Source of the DNA: Octopus sinensis | Lineage: Eukaryota | Assembly: GCF_006345805.1 (NCBI RefSeq) | Contig: NW_021832250.1 | Location: 1 to 63,390 of the forward strand | Direction: 5' to 3' | DNA: 63,390 nucleotides | In this document: positions 48,190-62,235 of the stretch, in pieces | Layout of the letters: every line of letters begins with the position of its first letter | Numbering within the stretch: position 1 is the stretch's first letter | Position numbers and translations under genes: made by a program | The notes under the pieces: generated by a model | Databases searched by the model: none | What the model was told of the DNA's origin: nothing | Seen by the model: only the letters and a program-made list of their open reading frames with translations

Positions 48190-49920
48190 TCCATGTTATT
48201 TCTTTATTACCCACCAGGGGCTACGAAGAATGGCGGACATAACAAAACATGGGGGACATAGAACAATATGATAAAATTTATGAGCAAATGAAAATGAAAA
48301 AAGGATAATATGAAAGCGATGCTAACGGCCCCCTCCGCCAGCATCACTTACCTGTCCTTTTGTTTTCACTGTCACCTGAATGTTCATTCCCAATACGAAG
48401 ACCATCCATATCCATTCTTACTCCGAAACTGTCCTCCATATATTCCACGAATTCATCGCTCATTCTTGTATCTTTCACCTCCCAATTCTCCCTTTCACAC
48501 CTCAACACAAACTCATCTATATTCTTCTTTTCCAGCACTGCATATCTGGTCCCATCCATTTCATACCATTCATACTCCTCCATTACCCTTTCAACCTCTT
48601 TCTGTTCAGTCACAATATAAATGTTCGGCCTGGGTTCGTTTTCAAACTCTTGTCTGTCTGTATTGTTATTTTTCTTTTGTTTTCTTGTTGGAGGGGAGCG
48701 GGTGGGTTCACTGTCTGCAGGGGAAGGGTGGGATTCAGAGGGTGCGGTGGTGTTGGGGTGGGTTGGGGCTTCGCACAGTTTTTCTTTTTCTTTCTTTTTC
48801 TCTTTTTTCTTCCTTCTTCCCACTCTTGTTGCATCTCCTCTTCTTCTGTCGTTTCTTTTTCCCTTTGGTTCTCTTTGGTTTCTTCCTCTTTTGGGGCTTC
48901 CGCGACGATTTCCTTTTCTTTTTCCTTTGGTTCTCTTTGGTTTCTTCCTCTTTTGGGGCTTCCGCGACGATTTCCTTTTCTTTTTCCTTTAGTGGTGGAG
49001 GGCAGTAGGCTCTTATGTGACCCCTCATGCCACACTTGTAGCACCTGGGCGCCCTACCCTCCACCCACACTCTCATAATAATATTTCCAGTTTTTATACT
49101 GTCCGTAAGCTTTTCTATAACTTCCGCCTCCGTCTGTATGTTCATTACTAGTGTGGCACCTCTCACGCCTTCATATTTCATAATGGCGTGGAGGATGTCC
49201 ACTTTATCTTCATTTCCTTTGATAACCGCAGCCGTTATTAATTCGCCCTCTAGGTGTGGAGGTATTCCTTCCACCCTAATTCTGGTGGTCCTTCTATTCA
49301 AATACGAGGGGAACAAGTAAAACTTTTCTGTACTCACCACCTTGGCTGCTATATTCCTGGCTGCTTTCTCACTTTTAAATTGTACCGTTATGGTTCCATA
49401 TTCTAATCCTTTTGCCATGTACACAATTTCTTCTCCTGTCCGTTTGAAAGCCTCTTCAATTGCTTCCATGTTAATCACTTCCATTTTTCTACCTCCATTC
49501 ATAAATACTTTATATTTAATGGTTCTACGATGGAACCAGTCTCCGCGCCCTGCTAGAGGCAACAGCTCAACCTCTCCGTTCTCCTCCTCCTTCATGAACT
49601 CCTGGAAGTCCGTCAACTTAGCCAGGTCTATCTCTTTTTCTGTTGACTTCTTCGTTATACCTGCATAGGTGCTTTCCATTTTTTTCACCGCCAACTCCTC
49701 CTCAGATGTCGACGAATTTTCAGAGAAATTTCTCCCTTCCATCTCATCCGTTTGGTAGAGGCGGCTCATAGTCGCCTCAGACCGAAAAACGACCCCCCGA
49801 ACAGAAAACGTGCGACGCACAGAACCAGTGCGACGCGAAACCGCACCAACCGACGTTCCAATTCCGCAACCACAATTCACTTTTTGTTGTTTTTCTTTTT
49901 TAACCGAATTTTACAGAGCG
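48190..49920 (-). mobile_element. Second ORF1-only Tx1/L1-derived element
   Basis: ORF 48735-49880 with RCYKCGMRGHIRAYC is homologous in layout to ORF1 at 41606-42505. It has a 62-bp internal duplication, no ORF2, and a 3' end 'gtagcccctggtgggtaataaagaaata'. Confidence 0.75.
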
Positions 49921-51969
49921 CAAAAAAACGCGACCTTTTTTCTCTACATTGTATACTTTATAGACAATAGTCTTTTCTTTAATTTAATTTTTTATTATCC
50001 ATCTGGACTATTCCATTTCTGCACACCAATTTTATTTTTAATTTATTCCCATTCATGTGAAACCACTTATTCGAGTTCAAATCATTGATGCAATTTTATA
50101 CCAATTGCTATTTTTACTTTTGTTATGTTACGATTATATTATACTTTAGTTTGATTTTAATTATTACTTACTACATATAATTCAATTGTTATTATTATTT
50201 TTATTGTTAAAGTGAAAGCATCTGACATAAAATAGAGAAATGTTTTTGTTTCACTTTTAACACGTAATACTGAAATAGTGAAGATATGATATTGCTATGG
50301 GCTCGCTCTAGGCAAGAAGTTGAACATTTTTTTGCCCATGAAACTACATGGACCCTAAGTAAGGCATGTGTAAAATTTGAATTAAATTGGTTGTGCAGTT
50401 CTCAAGTTTTAGGGTAACACACAGACAGACAGACAGACAGACACACACACATGATCAGTTTTATATATAGAGAGATTTCACACCAAAACCTGGCACAAAA
50501 GATTTTTCCCTGTCTTTTATCGTGAAATATTTGCAACATATTACCTGCCAATACACAACTTGCTGTAGTGAATGCTAAACATCAACTGCCTCAGTTTCAC
50601 TATTCTGCCAGAGCTTATAACGCAGCTTCAATTAATGTAGACGAAATGAAACTGAGTGAGGAGGATCTATCTAAGTTATATCTCCATTATCTGCTAAAGA
50701 TACAGGATATATGTTATTTGTATAGAAATCGACTCTTCCCTTGGAGTTGTATCTGTTGGAACAAACTTTCAATAATGCCAAGCATATTGAAGGAATATAT
50801 GCTAAAAAAGCGTGGAACCATAACATTTTTAAAGCGTTCTACATCATGCAGAAATTTGCAAGTAATATTGTGAAGTAGATTCATTGATTATTTGTTAACA
50901 GCTTATAATTATTTGTAAATAGTTATTTGTTCCTTAACTTCGTTCCATGATTCATTTCTGAAGTTTAATTTTTCAGGAATTTATGTATTGTAATTGTAAC
51001 GATTGCTGTGAATGCTACAAACATATCATACTTTGTCAACAATTTTCTTATTTATTATTAACTAATCTTATTTTCAATAATCCAGTCAGATATTTGGTTT
51101 TGGTTAACGTTGTTAGTCAGTTGAATAGCACTTCATCTATGTATGAGAATGAAAGTTTTGACCAGTTTCCTTGAATACTGTTCTTCTCTGAACCATTTAA
51201 TTTGGACATACATAATGTATTTCCATTCCTTCCTTTAATATTAAGCCGTTCTCATTAGAGTTAGAAAGTACAATCATGTGCCAATGCACTGAATAAAACT
51301 GATTTATATTATAACTAAAAATTGCATTCCACTTATTGTTAATGAAATCATTCAGTACAGTTCCGTTCGTGTCTCTCTCCATTTCGATGCTTTTGATTCC
51401 AGTTTACAATGTTCTAGCTTCACAATGTTGGGGTGGAAATCCTAATTACTTGTTAATGTGCAGTTAGCTTTTCTTTCTATCATTTTCTTATATAAACATG
51501 GACATACATGCTCACGCACATGTATGTCCCCTCATAGAAACATTTATTTCCTAGTCTAGCTATTGAACAAATCAACTGTAAAATGTTTGTAATGTCTCGA
51601 TAGAGGGTGATTCAATATATTATTTATCTTCGAATTTTCGTTTCTTTAATTTATATTTAAATACATATCTTAGAGTAAACAATCCGTGTGAGTTTCTATT
51701 GCTTGCAGACTTCTTTCATTTGTCATATAATCCCCTATCTTTTTTTTTTCCTTTCTGTTTCGGCTGTCGCTTTATTAATGTGACTAATATTCATTTCTTA
51801 CGTTACCACATGACCGTAAATTTGGAAGAGAGAACACAGTCAGTATTTCGACTGCTGTTCTTGACTGGTACTTTATGTTGGACAAAATTGGGCTCGGTAA
51901 CTTTTTAACATAACTATTTTGCCACTTTCACTCATTTGTCACTCATATTAATCTGACTAATAACATTGG

Positions 51970-52680
51970 TTTCAAATTTTGGAAGAAGGCCAGCAATTTC
52001 AGGGACTCAGACTTCAACTGGTACTTATTTTATCGATCCGGAAAGGATGAGAGGCAAAGTCGACTTCGGCGGAATTTGAACTCAGAGCGTAAAGATGGAC
52101 GAAATGCTGCTAAGTATTTTTGCGGGGTACCAAGGATTCTACAGCCTTAATCTAATTAATAACAATTTTTTTTTAGAAAAATTAGTACAAGGCCAACAAT
52201 TTCGAGGGAGAGATAAGTCAATTACATCGACACCAGTATTCCCGTCTACTCACTTCCATTTCGTAAAAATCACCATGAATTTTAAAGATGAATTATTTTT
52301 TTCTATTGATTTAAGAGATTTTCAGGACAAGCATCTCTAGCCATAAAAGGATGAAAGGGAAAGTCGACTTATACAGAATTAGAGCTCAGAACGTAAAAAC
52401 GCACCAAATGTCATTGAGCATTTTGCTCAGTATGTTAACGATTCTGCCAGTTCGTCGCCTTAATCTGTCTTATAATATCATTAGTACAACAAGGCGGTGA
52501 GCTGGCTGAACCGTTAGCACGCATGGAAAAAATTCTTAGCGGCATTTCGTCCGTTTTTACATTCTGAGTTCAAATTCCGCCGAAGTCAACCTTACCTTTC
52601 ATCCTTTCGCAGCGTAAAGTACCAGTCGACTTACCCTTCCCCACTGAACTTGGTGGCCTTGTGCCAAAATTTAAAACCAG
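51970..52680. mobile_element. Cluster of family-B SINE copies (minus-strand copies at 51970-52465, plus-strand copy at 52493-52680); further copies at ~53480-53680, 54230-54445 and 57505-57655
   Basis: 'gaaaggatgaaaggcaaagtcgac..cggcggaatttgaactcag' motifs. Confidence 0.75.
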
Positions 52681-55099
52681 CATTACTTAGAAATTTCCCC
52701 AAGTAACTGAAACAAAAGAATTAAAAAAAATATGATTGTGCACTTCTTTTTCTTGAATCTATCCAAAATAAATTAAAATGAATATGATTAAGTAGAAATT
52801 AACTCTCAAATATGTTACAAATATCTTTAACTTAAATTTTCCAGTAACACGATCGAAATAAACTGAAGTGAATTGGCACTTGGAGTTAGAAAACGAGATT
52901 AAATTCAAAGATTATCATTTAAACAAATATTATTTAAACAAATATTGAAATAAGAAACAATACACCAACTATCAGGAGAGAAATATTATCAGTTTACTGT
53001 TGGGATCTCTCCATTTCCCAGCAGTGATAATTTTGGAATGCTTTTAAAAGATACAGATTGATGACAGCAATTGATATGAACCGTGAAAACATCTGAGAAG
53101 TTACATATTCCAGAATGCATCTAGTTCTAACCAAACAATTAACTTACATATCAAATAATAAACGTTTGAAAAGAACGTATAACTGTGGAATAATAGAAGA
53201 AAGTACTGAATTCCTCGACAAAATAATCGTTTCTAAAACAGATACAATTAACGAGAGATGAGACAGTCCATAAAATTGACACTAGAACTTGAAAGATACT
53301 TTTATGTATTCACTCAGGAGCGATGAAAGAAAAATTAACTCTAGTGGGACTAAACTCAGAATATAAAGGGATAGAAAGAAATAAAGTAATGCAATAATTT
53401 TGATCCTCAATTAATTCAACCAATCCCCAACCGTTAACAATCCATTAATTATGCTACAACTACTAATAATTTTTGTTTCTAATATAGGCACAAAACCTGG
53501 GATTTGGGGAGTGTTAATTGATTAAATCGTCGTAGTATTTGACCAATACTAAATTCTATCGTCCCCGGAGGGGTGAAAAGCAGTGTTGACTTCAGTGTGA
53601 TTTGAACTCAGATGGTAAGGGCTGTAATAAACAGTATTAGATATTGGCACTATTAGACATATTGTCCTGGTGGTCTAACGAAAAAATATCTAATTCAAAT
53701 GAAGCAAGAGAACGAGAAACATAAGTGTCTCTTTAACCGAAAATCCAGAATCGTCATATTCAGACTAAGAATAAGTACCGTAGAATATACGTTGATGAAA
53801 AATAAAATTTCATTGTCCATTCTGAAGACTTTATAACGGGGTTCTTTTCCCGGTTCTACAAATCGAAACAGGACTTCCCGTCTACTCACTTCAATTCCGT
53901 AAAAGCCACCATGAATTTTAAAGATGAATTATTTTTGTCTATTGATTTAAGAGATTTTCGGGACAAGCATCTCTAGCCATAAAATTAATTTTTAAAAATT
54001 CTTTACGGAAGTATGTTTTAAACAGCGGAGATTTCCAGTTTTTGGTTTTATTTTTTCGTGCTATTTACTTTTGGGGGCTAGTGTTTAATATAGGAGAATA
54101 AAATTGCAACATAGCATTTGTTCATAACATTTAAAATAGGAAAGTTTGATTATAAAGAGATCTGACTGCCATTTCAAGCTAATCGAGCGATCGCATCGAG
54201 TCTTCTCTGCAAGGTCAATGGAGATAATAAAAGCTTCAAAATTTGGCACAAACCAGGAGTTTTAAGAAAGAGCTAAGTCAATTACATCAACGCCAGTACT
54301 CAACTTGGTAATTAAATTATCGAGGCCGAACGGATGAAAGGCAAAGTCGACTTCGGTGGCATTTAAAATCAGAACGTAAAGACGAACGAAATGCTGCTAA
54401 GCATTTTGCTCGACGTGCAAATGATTCTGACAGCTTGCCGGCTTCAGTCAATCTCAGAACCTAAACACGGACGAAATACTGTAAAATATTACATATAATA
54501 GGGTTTTCGTAGTGTCTTCTTGCACTTCTTCCGCTGTGTTAAGAAAGACTGTTCTGCCATTTTTTTGTTAGGTGCAACTTAGTGTCGTTCAGTCCTTTTT
54601 GTGTCAACTCAACTTTTTCCATTTTGAGACAGGCTTGTGCGAAACCGTTCCCATTCTGTTTGAAAACAGAACTGCGACTGTTGTCATTTTATTACTGCTT
54701 GTGGTGGTGGCGGCAGTTGTAGTGCTGGTGGTGCGGACGGTAGCTTGCGTCATTTTTTAATAAACCTTGCTTGTTACTGCTGCTTTTGTCGTTGTTGTTG
54801 TCGTTGTTCTTGTTGCTGCCGATGATGCTGTCTGTGCTTCGTTCTTCGATCACATCGATTAGTGGTAGGAAAACACAGAGGGCTTACATGAAGGACAAGG
54901 AGAGTACAGGACGATACAGTGCAAAATAATATGATGTTGGGTTAGAGTAAGGGGCAATATCATAATAAACAAAGAAACAAATAATTAAGATAAAGAAAAT
55001 TCTCCAACAGAGAGAGAGAGAGAGAAAGAGACTTCCGGGGGATGCTCGTGGAAACCCCATAAAACTATGGTCGTCCTATCCACTAGAAAAAGTATCCAC

Positions 55100-56030
55100 T
55101 CCACAGTTTCCTCCCTCAGTCGACACGCATACTCAAAGTAAGGTCGTCCACTCGGACAATCTGTGCCATTCTTATCCACCTTTCAATAAATTTGCTGGGA
55201 TACAGTTCTTCCCTTTCTACACTGAAATTACGTTTCAAGTGAAACTAGAAACATTTGATGAAGGCTTGACCAAAAAGACTGGTCTTTCGCTTTCAATCTG
55301 GTCCCTCATATGATCTTTTTTGCTAATGTCACCAACCAGATAAATATTACCTCTCCTTCCCGATCAAAAGAAGGCAACGGAACGATCTTCGCAATGAACT
55401 CAGCATACAATTGAATCTGTCCTACACTTGACAGCTGGTCTTAATCATAACTCCTCAAATCAACAATACCAGGGCATTGAACGAGTTTCGCCGCTCCGGT
55501 AGGCGTAGTTAACCTCATGCCGGTAAAAATTAGCTTGTATCTGTGGCGCTGACAAACCAGAGATTTCCATCAGCTCCGACCTGAAATTTTCTTTAGAAAC
55601 TAGCCTGCCATTTAATTTTTGTAGTCGCCTAGATTCTCCCCGAGAGCGTCTTTCCCACCACTAAAGTGAAATTTTCACCGACCGCGCTGCCCTTCTGGTA
55701 GAAGGCTGTGAACATCTGACAGTAGTCTAGGTGCAAAGTTTTTTGCGTAAGTCTACGCTCGATCCTGGACAGCTCGTCTTCTGACGCAGCTGCACTGCGT
55801 CAGAAGACGAGCTGTAAAATTGCAAGCCTAACAAGCGGCTACCATACCTCTCATCGTCAAGAATACGCTTGGAAAAGCCGTAGCCACAGCGCACGTTTGA
55901 GCATAAAGAACTATTAGCCTGAAGACACTCACTTCAATACTCTTCGATCCAGGAGCATCAACCTTCTGAATCCAAGAATTGTGAGATCCAGATCCTTCAG
56001 AATCAGCGCAACAGTTCCACCTCCTTATAC
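55100..56030 (-). mobile_element. Degenerate, internally deleted Tx1/L1 fragment (APE-like piece fused to ORF2 C-terminus)
   Basis: DREGEVIFIWLVTLAKK...FHLKRNFSVERE..FIERW parallels the C-terminus at 37671-37900; FRLIVLYAQT resembles APE FRLVAVYAPN. Confidence 0.55.
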
Positions 56031-57248
56031 CGATCAACTTAGTAATAAGTAGAACTTAAATCCACCGAAAATGGGCATGAAGGCTTATGGATCGGAAATT
56101 CTAGTTTCGCTGATTAGCCACCACAATGTAACAAGTCGCTGAGCATATGACCCTGCTTCTAAGGTGCGCCAGCCACGTGTATTTACACTACATATTCTGA
56201 TTAAGGTCATGTTCGATAGAAGGGGAAAGGTGAGAAAGCGTTACTTTCCTTATTCCTATAAAGATTCACTTGTCTCATTCCCACCGGCACGGTGAGGGTA
56301 TCGCAAACAGCAGCAGCTTTCTTTAACCAAATACACGTTGATTTGCTGAAATTACCCAAATACAACAACTTTAACACGAAATAACTTCTAAAATACCAAT
56401 GTTTGTCAAAGATGTTCAAAGTAAACCGTGTTCTGTGTGAGGCATTCCACCAGTATACGAAGTTTCAAACTGTTTAGTTTAAAAAAATTAATTAAAAAAA
56501 TCTGTGAGCCAACTGAACAGAGCCCAGTGGTGTCTTGATTTATATATGTTGCTTTTAATAGCAGCAGTGGTGGTAGCGGCGGCGGTGGTGGAAGTTTTAA
56601 GAGTGTTGAAATTGGTTTTTCTTCTTTCTGTTTTTTTATGCTCATTGATCTTGTCGCTATGTTCATGCAAACTCTTGTTGCTGTTTCGGTTGGTACTGGT
56701 GATAGGAGGAGAAATAGTGATAGTATTGCATTCGAATGTCTTTTCATTTCTGTTGTTCTTGTTGATGTTGCTGACATTCTTATTTTTATTGATACTCTTT
56801 ATTTTAGAAGATAGTAATGAGGAAATTGTATTATATTGGGTGTTGAAACAATTAATTGCCTTCTGATTTGCGAAGCTGTATTGTGATTTTCTTTTTAACA
56901 TGTAGCTCTACTGTTAAAAGCCCTCAAAACTCAACCCGAAATGGCGAAAATTTCACAAAGACAACTAACCTAAAGAGATGCATGCTAGCTTAATAAAATG
57001 GTAAAACGAAAGCCACAATTACTTTCATTAAAACAACCTAATTCAGTAACAACTTACATCTTTCACTTCCGAACACAAAAATAGTAATGACGACGACAAC
57101 AACAACAACAAGCATTGCTTGAGACTGCAGGAATTCTTCGCTGGATTCTTGATGCGTGACCAAGAAACAGGTGTCACCTTAGTCTGCTGGCTGTGGACAA
57201 CTGATACTTTCCATCATACTCAGCAAAATAAGTTGTTGGTTTGTATCA

Positions 57249-57282
<34 letters not shown>

Positions 57283-57290
57283 GTAATAAT

Positions 57291-57372
<82 letters not shown>

Positions 57373-58658
57373 ATGATGAGAAGGAGGAGGAGGAGTTGAA
57401 GGAATGGGAGGTAAGGGTCCAAGGTATTGAGGGCAAGATCAAAGGACGAAATACAATATACAAAAAGGTATGGTGTACACCGATGATCAAAAGTGAAACA
57501 ACAACAACGGCATTTCTGAGTTCAAATTCCACCGAAGTTGACTTTGTCTTTCATCCACTCGGTGGTCGATAAAATAAGTACTAGTTGAGCACTGGAGTCG
57601 GCGTAACCGATTACCCTCATCCCCGAAAATTTAAGGCCTCGTGACTGACAGAAAGCAATATTATGCTATTCACAAATTAATCAAAAGCTAATGCAGAAAA
57701 AGCTACAAGAAGAGCCAGAGAAAATTGAATCAGTTAAGTAGTGGGAGGTGTCAAGTCGAAATCGCTTAAAACAGCTGATGAAGAGAGTTGGTATGTATGA
57801 ATTTCTTGTATTCGTAACAGGTTATGCTGCAAAGCATGTAATCCGATCCTCGTCATTTCTCTCACCACGCTGCTCTTTTATATTTGATATATATCGTCAG
57901 AAGATTCCATCTGAAATATCCTTCTAATGTATGGATGCAGAATGAACATCAAGAATGCGATAACATTAATAGAATATTTTTTAACAACCATAAAATAGGA
58001 CATTAATATTCTTGTATTTAAATAATGGGCGGCTGTTGAGAAATCCAATTCGAAAACAATGTGACACAAATAATATTGGCAAAATAGCAGTGGGAATTGA
58101 TTTAAAATTGATAATTGAGGCATACTATGCGGAATCCCCTTAGAAATGTATTGTTATTAAGAAAATGATTAATAATATAACCTTTACGATTCGTGTTATA
58201 AGAATAATATGGAAATGTAATATATTCACGCGTCGTTGTATTTGAATGTCAAGGTTCATATATTCTTAATAAACACAAGCAAATCCATGCGTGCGTGTAC
58301 ATATGTGTGTGTCTGTCAGTATAAGTACTCGTTTCTTTTATGTATGTATGTATGTATGTATGTATGTCTTCAATGCAAAAAATGAAAAACAACAATACTC
58401 AGTACAATGAAGTCGGTAAGAACAATGATGTTTATTTTCAGCAGAAACTTCACAAATCGCTTGAGAATCTGTGACGTTTTTGACGTTTCAGCTTGATACA
58501 AGCATAAATACACACATTCTTACAACCATGCATGTATACGTTTATACACACACACAGACTCACATGTATGCATACAGATATGCATTTATATATATATACA
58601 CATATACATATAAAGGTATAGATACACACAAATATGTATAAATATACTCATACATATA

Positions 58659-58725
<67 letters not shown>

Positions 58726-60159
58726 GAATATATGTATTTATATATATATATATACTTAAATATGTATTAGTGCATGCATATGTAAATTACATAATTGTAT
58801 ACGTAATAAAAATGTAAATAAACACACACGCTTAGTATGTATATATATATATAAATGTATATATATATATATGAAATAAGTACATGTATATGAATGTATA
58901 AATATATATACACACACATATGCATTGCATATACATGTACATGCATAAATATATGTATATATAGTATATGTGTGTGTGTATACAGACACACACACATATA
59001 TATATATACATACATACACGTACATACATACATATATAAACATGCATAGATATGTATGAGTTTGTGCATAAATGGTGAACAGGTTTTCTTTCAAAACACG
59101 CTATATTAAAAACGTCCAATTTTGTGTTGTTTATTAATTATGCTTCTTTTTACCTTATTATCCATGCATGTTTGTATTGGAACAAAAATGTTTTCTCAAG
59201 ACTTCTGCTGTTTCGAGACTTTTACAATTGCATTACAAAGTACAACGAGGTATTATATCTAATTACAATGCAGGACACAAAATAAAGTTGGATTGAAAAC
59301 AGCACTGCAATATAATAAAATGAAAACCATGAGAAAAACAACTATGTAATAGTGAAATGCAAACCTCAGTTAGAAATATTCTTTCTCTTTTAGTTAGAGA
59401 AGAAGGCAGTCCAATGATATTCAAAGAGTCACCGAGATCGGTAGAAGAGTGGAAGATATCCTTAAACTGGAGGACTTGAATTCCGATCCGAACAAATATC
59501 ACTAGGCATTCGGTATGATGTTCTTACAATTACGCCAGTTCAGCGCCATAGATTGCTTCCCTTTCTATCGACTCCGAAAAGATGAAAAGCAAATTTAACC
59601 TCAGAGCGCAAGATTTCGGAATAAATGACGCAATGCATTTTATCTGACGTTCGAAGGACTCTACCAGTTTGCAACCAACAGATACATCATCTGTTCAATA
59701 AAATATCCTAATATCATGAAATCTATCATGATTTACCACCATATAGCATCATCTTCCAACAAAGCAACAAATGTAAAATCTCGAAGAAACATTCCTACAT
59801 CATACACTGGCTTCTTATTGACAAAATCATGGCCAAGTGGGAAGATATGAAAGACGTTCTGCTCACTTGGAAGTTGAGACAATTGCGTGGTAGTAACAAA
59901 GGTCAGTTTGCATGAATGCTCCCGACAACACTTAAGATCACCAACTATAAAGAGACTTTATTACTGCAATCTCGATACTCCTGATATTCACAAAGATTTT
60001 AGTCACCCTTTCCTTTCAAATTGAAATCTTGAGAAACACATCAAGATTTGGTCAGTATAGGTCCAGGCCATGTCTAGATTACTAGCACCACCTGGTGAAG
60101 CATTTTAGATCGTGATTCACACCTCAGTCAGTATGGGACATTATTGCCCACACTAGCAA

Positions 60160-60707
60160 AGATTTATTTTTGTTGGAGACATATCCGGGTGTAGGAGGCT
60201 GGTCTGGAAATGTTTGAAGAAATTTGTCCAGAGAACTTTTGAATTTTATGGAATCTGTTTCCGTTTTGATGCATTTTGGTACAATATGAAAAAGGGATCC
60301 TGGCCGGTTGAGGTAAAGTAGTTGTGTCGTACTGTTGTTAAGTGTCTTGAGTTTAATTTTTGTAGTTGGCGTATAGCACGGGGGCCAAGTTCTGGGTAAA
60401 TTTTAAAATTGATGCCAACACCATTTGTACAATATTGATGGAATATTTTCCACATCACACAAATGGTGTCGTGCTCACAGCGGCGTTGGAGAGAGTAACG
60501 ATTGAGTTTTTTAGTCGACCCCAGTAGTCAATGTCTGTCGTTATAGGCGCAGGAGCAGATGTGTGGTAAAAAGCTTGCTTCCCAACCACATGGTTCCGGG
60601 TTCAGTCCCATTGCGTGACACCTTGCGCAAGTGTCTTCTACTATAGCCTCGGGTCGACCAAAGCCTTGTGAGTGGATTTGGTAGACGAAAACTGAAAGAA
60701 ACCTGTC

Positions 60708-60741
<34 letters not shown>

Positions 60742-60837
60742 TGAAGCTTTACTATAGCGCCGTAAATGTATCGACTGCTATTTCCAGTAACCATTTGATG
60801 TGTTTTTGTACCACTACTCTCTCTCTCTCTCTCTCGC

Positions 60838-60875
<38 letters not shown>

Positions 60876-61093
60876 GTGTGTGTGTGTGTGTGTGTGTGTG
60901 TTTGTGTATCTGTCTTTGTCCCACCACCATCGCTTGACAACCGATGTTGGTGTGTTTACGCCCCCGTAACTTAGCGGTTTGACAAACGAGCCGATAGAAT
61001 AAGTACAAGGCTTACAATGAATAAGTCCTGTAGTCTATCTCTTCGACTAAAAGGCGGTGCTGAAGCATGGCCGCAGTCAAATGAATGAAACAC

Positions 61094-61145
<52 letters not shown>

Positions 61146-62235
61146 TTATGATGATAATAAAAAATAATAATAAAATAAAAGAATACCGTCTATTTTTCTT
61201 GTTATTGACATCTGGAGTACTTCTAATTTCTTAATGTTTTGCGGGTGACCACAGTGGGCAACAGTATTAAAGTTGGGGTCAGGCAAAAGTAGAGTAGATA
61301 ATGATGAAAGTTGTCAGAATTCCAGAGCACATCTGGCGGACCAAGTCAGCCTTGCTGTTTACGTGGGAACTCCAGCTTAGTTTGTTATCAACAATTACTC
61401 CAAGATCTCTGGTCTTGTTGGATGACACTTGGGAGTCACCCGAGGGAAGGGCATATGGCTGTTTCAGAGTATCCTCTTTTCCAAAGTGGATCAAATTAAA
61501 CTTATCTTCATTTGGAAGCATATCGTTCTTTTCCGCCCATTGGACAATAGCAAACAGATCCAACTGAAGGCATGTTGGGTCTCCCATACCGTTTATGGTC
61601 TTCTGGAGCTTGGAAACATCTGGAAATGTACGGTATTTGCTGACGTCTACTATATCATTGATGTAGATAATGAATAAGAGTTAGCCCAACATAGTACCTT
61701 GTGGGACACCACTACTGACTTGGGCTGAGCTTGATCGGCTTCCCTCAACCACAACATGTTGAGTTCTGTTCGTCAGGAAACACTTTATCCACTGCAGCAG
61801 CTTTCCACGGACTCCAATGTTCGACAGTTTCTTCAGCAGGATTTTGTGGTCCACTCTGTCAAATGCCTTGCTGAAATTAAGGTATATGACATAAGTATTG
61901 GAGCCTTCTCCCAAAGTTTTTGAAATGTCATCAAAATACTGCAGAGGCTGCGACAGACAGTCTTTGCCATCATGGCAGCCACACTGGTTGGGGTTCACCA
62001 GATTATTGTCTTCGAGGAAGTGAGTTAATCGCTATCCTACCACCCTCTCAAATACATTAATGATATGAGAGGTGAGTGAAATCGGACGGTAGTTCACTGG
62101 AAGAGATATGTTTCCCTTTTTGAAAACTAAAACGACAGACTGGAAAAGAAAATGATCAGTCTGCATCAAATGAGTTCCTCCAGAGCTCAGCTAAAGTGGG
62201 TCGCCACATCTTCAGGACAGTGGCCGGGAACCTAA
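60160..62235 (-). mobile_element. CR1/L2(Jockey-group)-like LINE remnant interrupted by a SINE
   Basis: NFSKAFDRVDH, SGVPQGTMLG, FADV, RDLGVIVDNKLSW, YCCPLWSP, YSLQRR, LDKFLQTFPDQPPTPGY. Confidence 0.8.
60546..61090 (+). mobile_element. Family-A SINE nested in the CR1-like LINE, with an ~90-bp insert in its internal microsatellite
   Basis: Head at 60546, (TA)n, insert 60740-60830, 3' half, (TAA)n tail. Confidence 0.85.
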
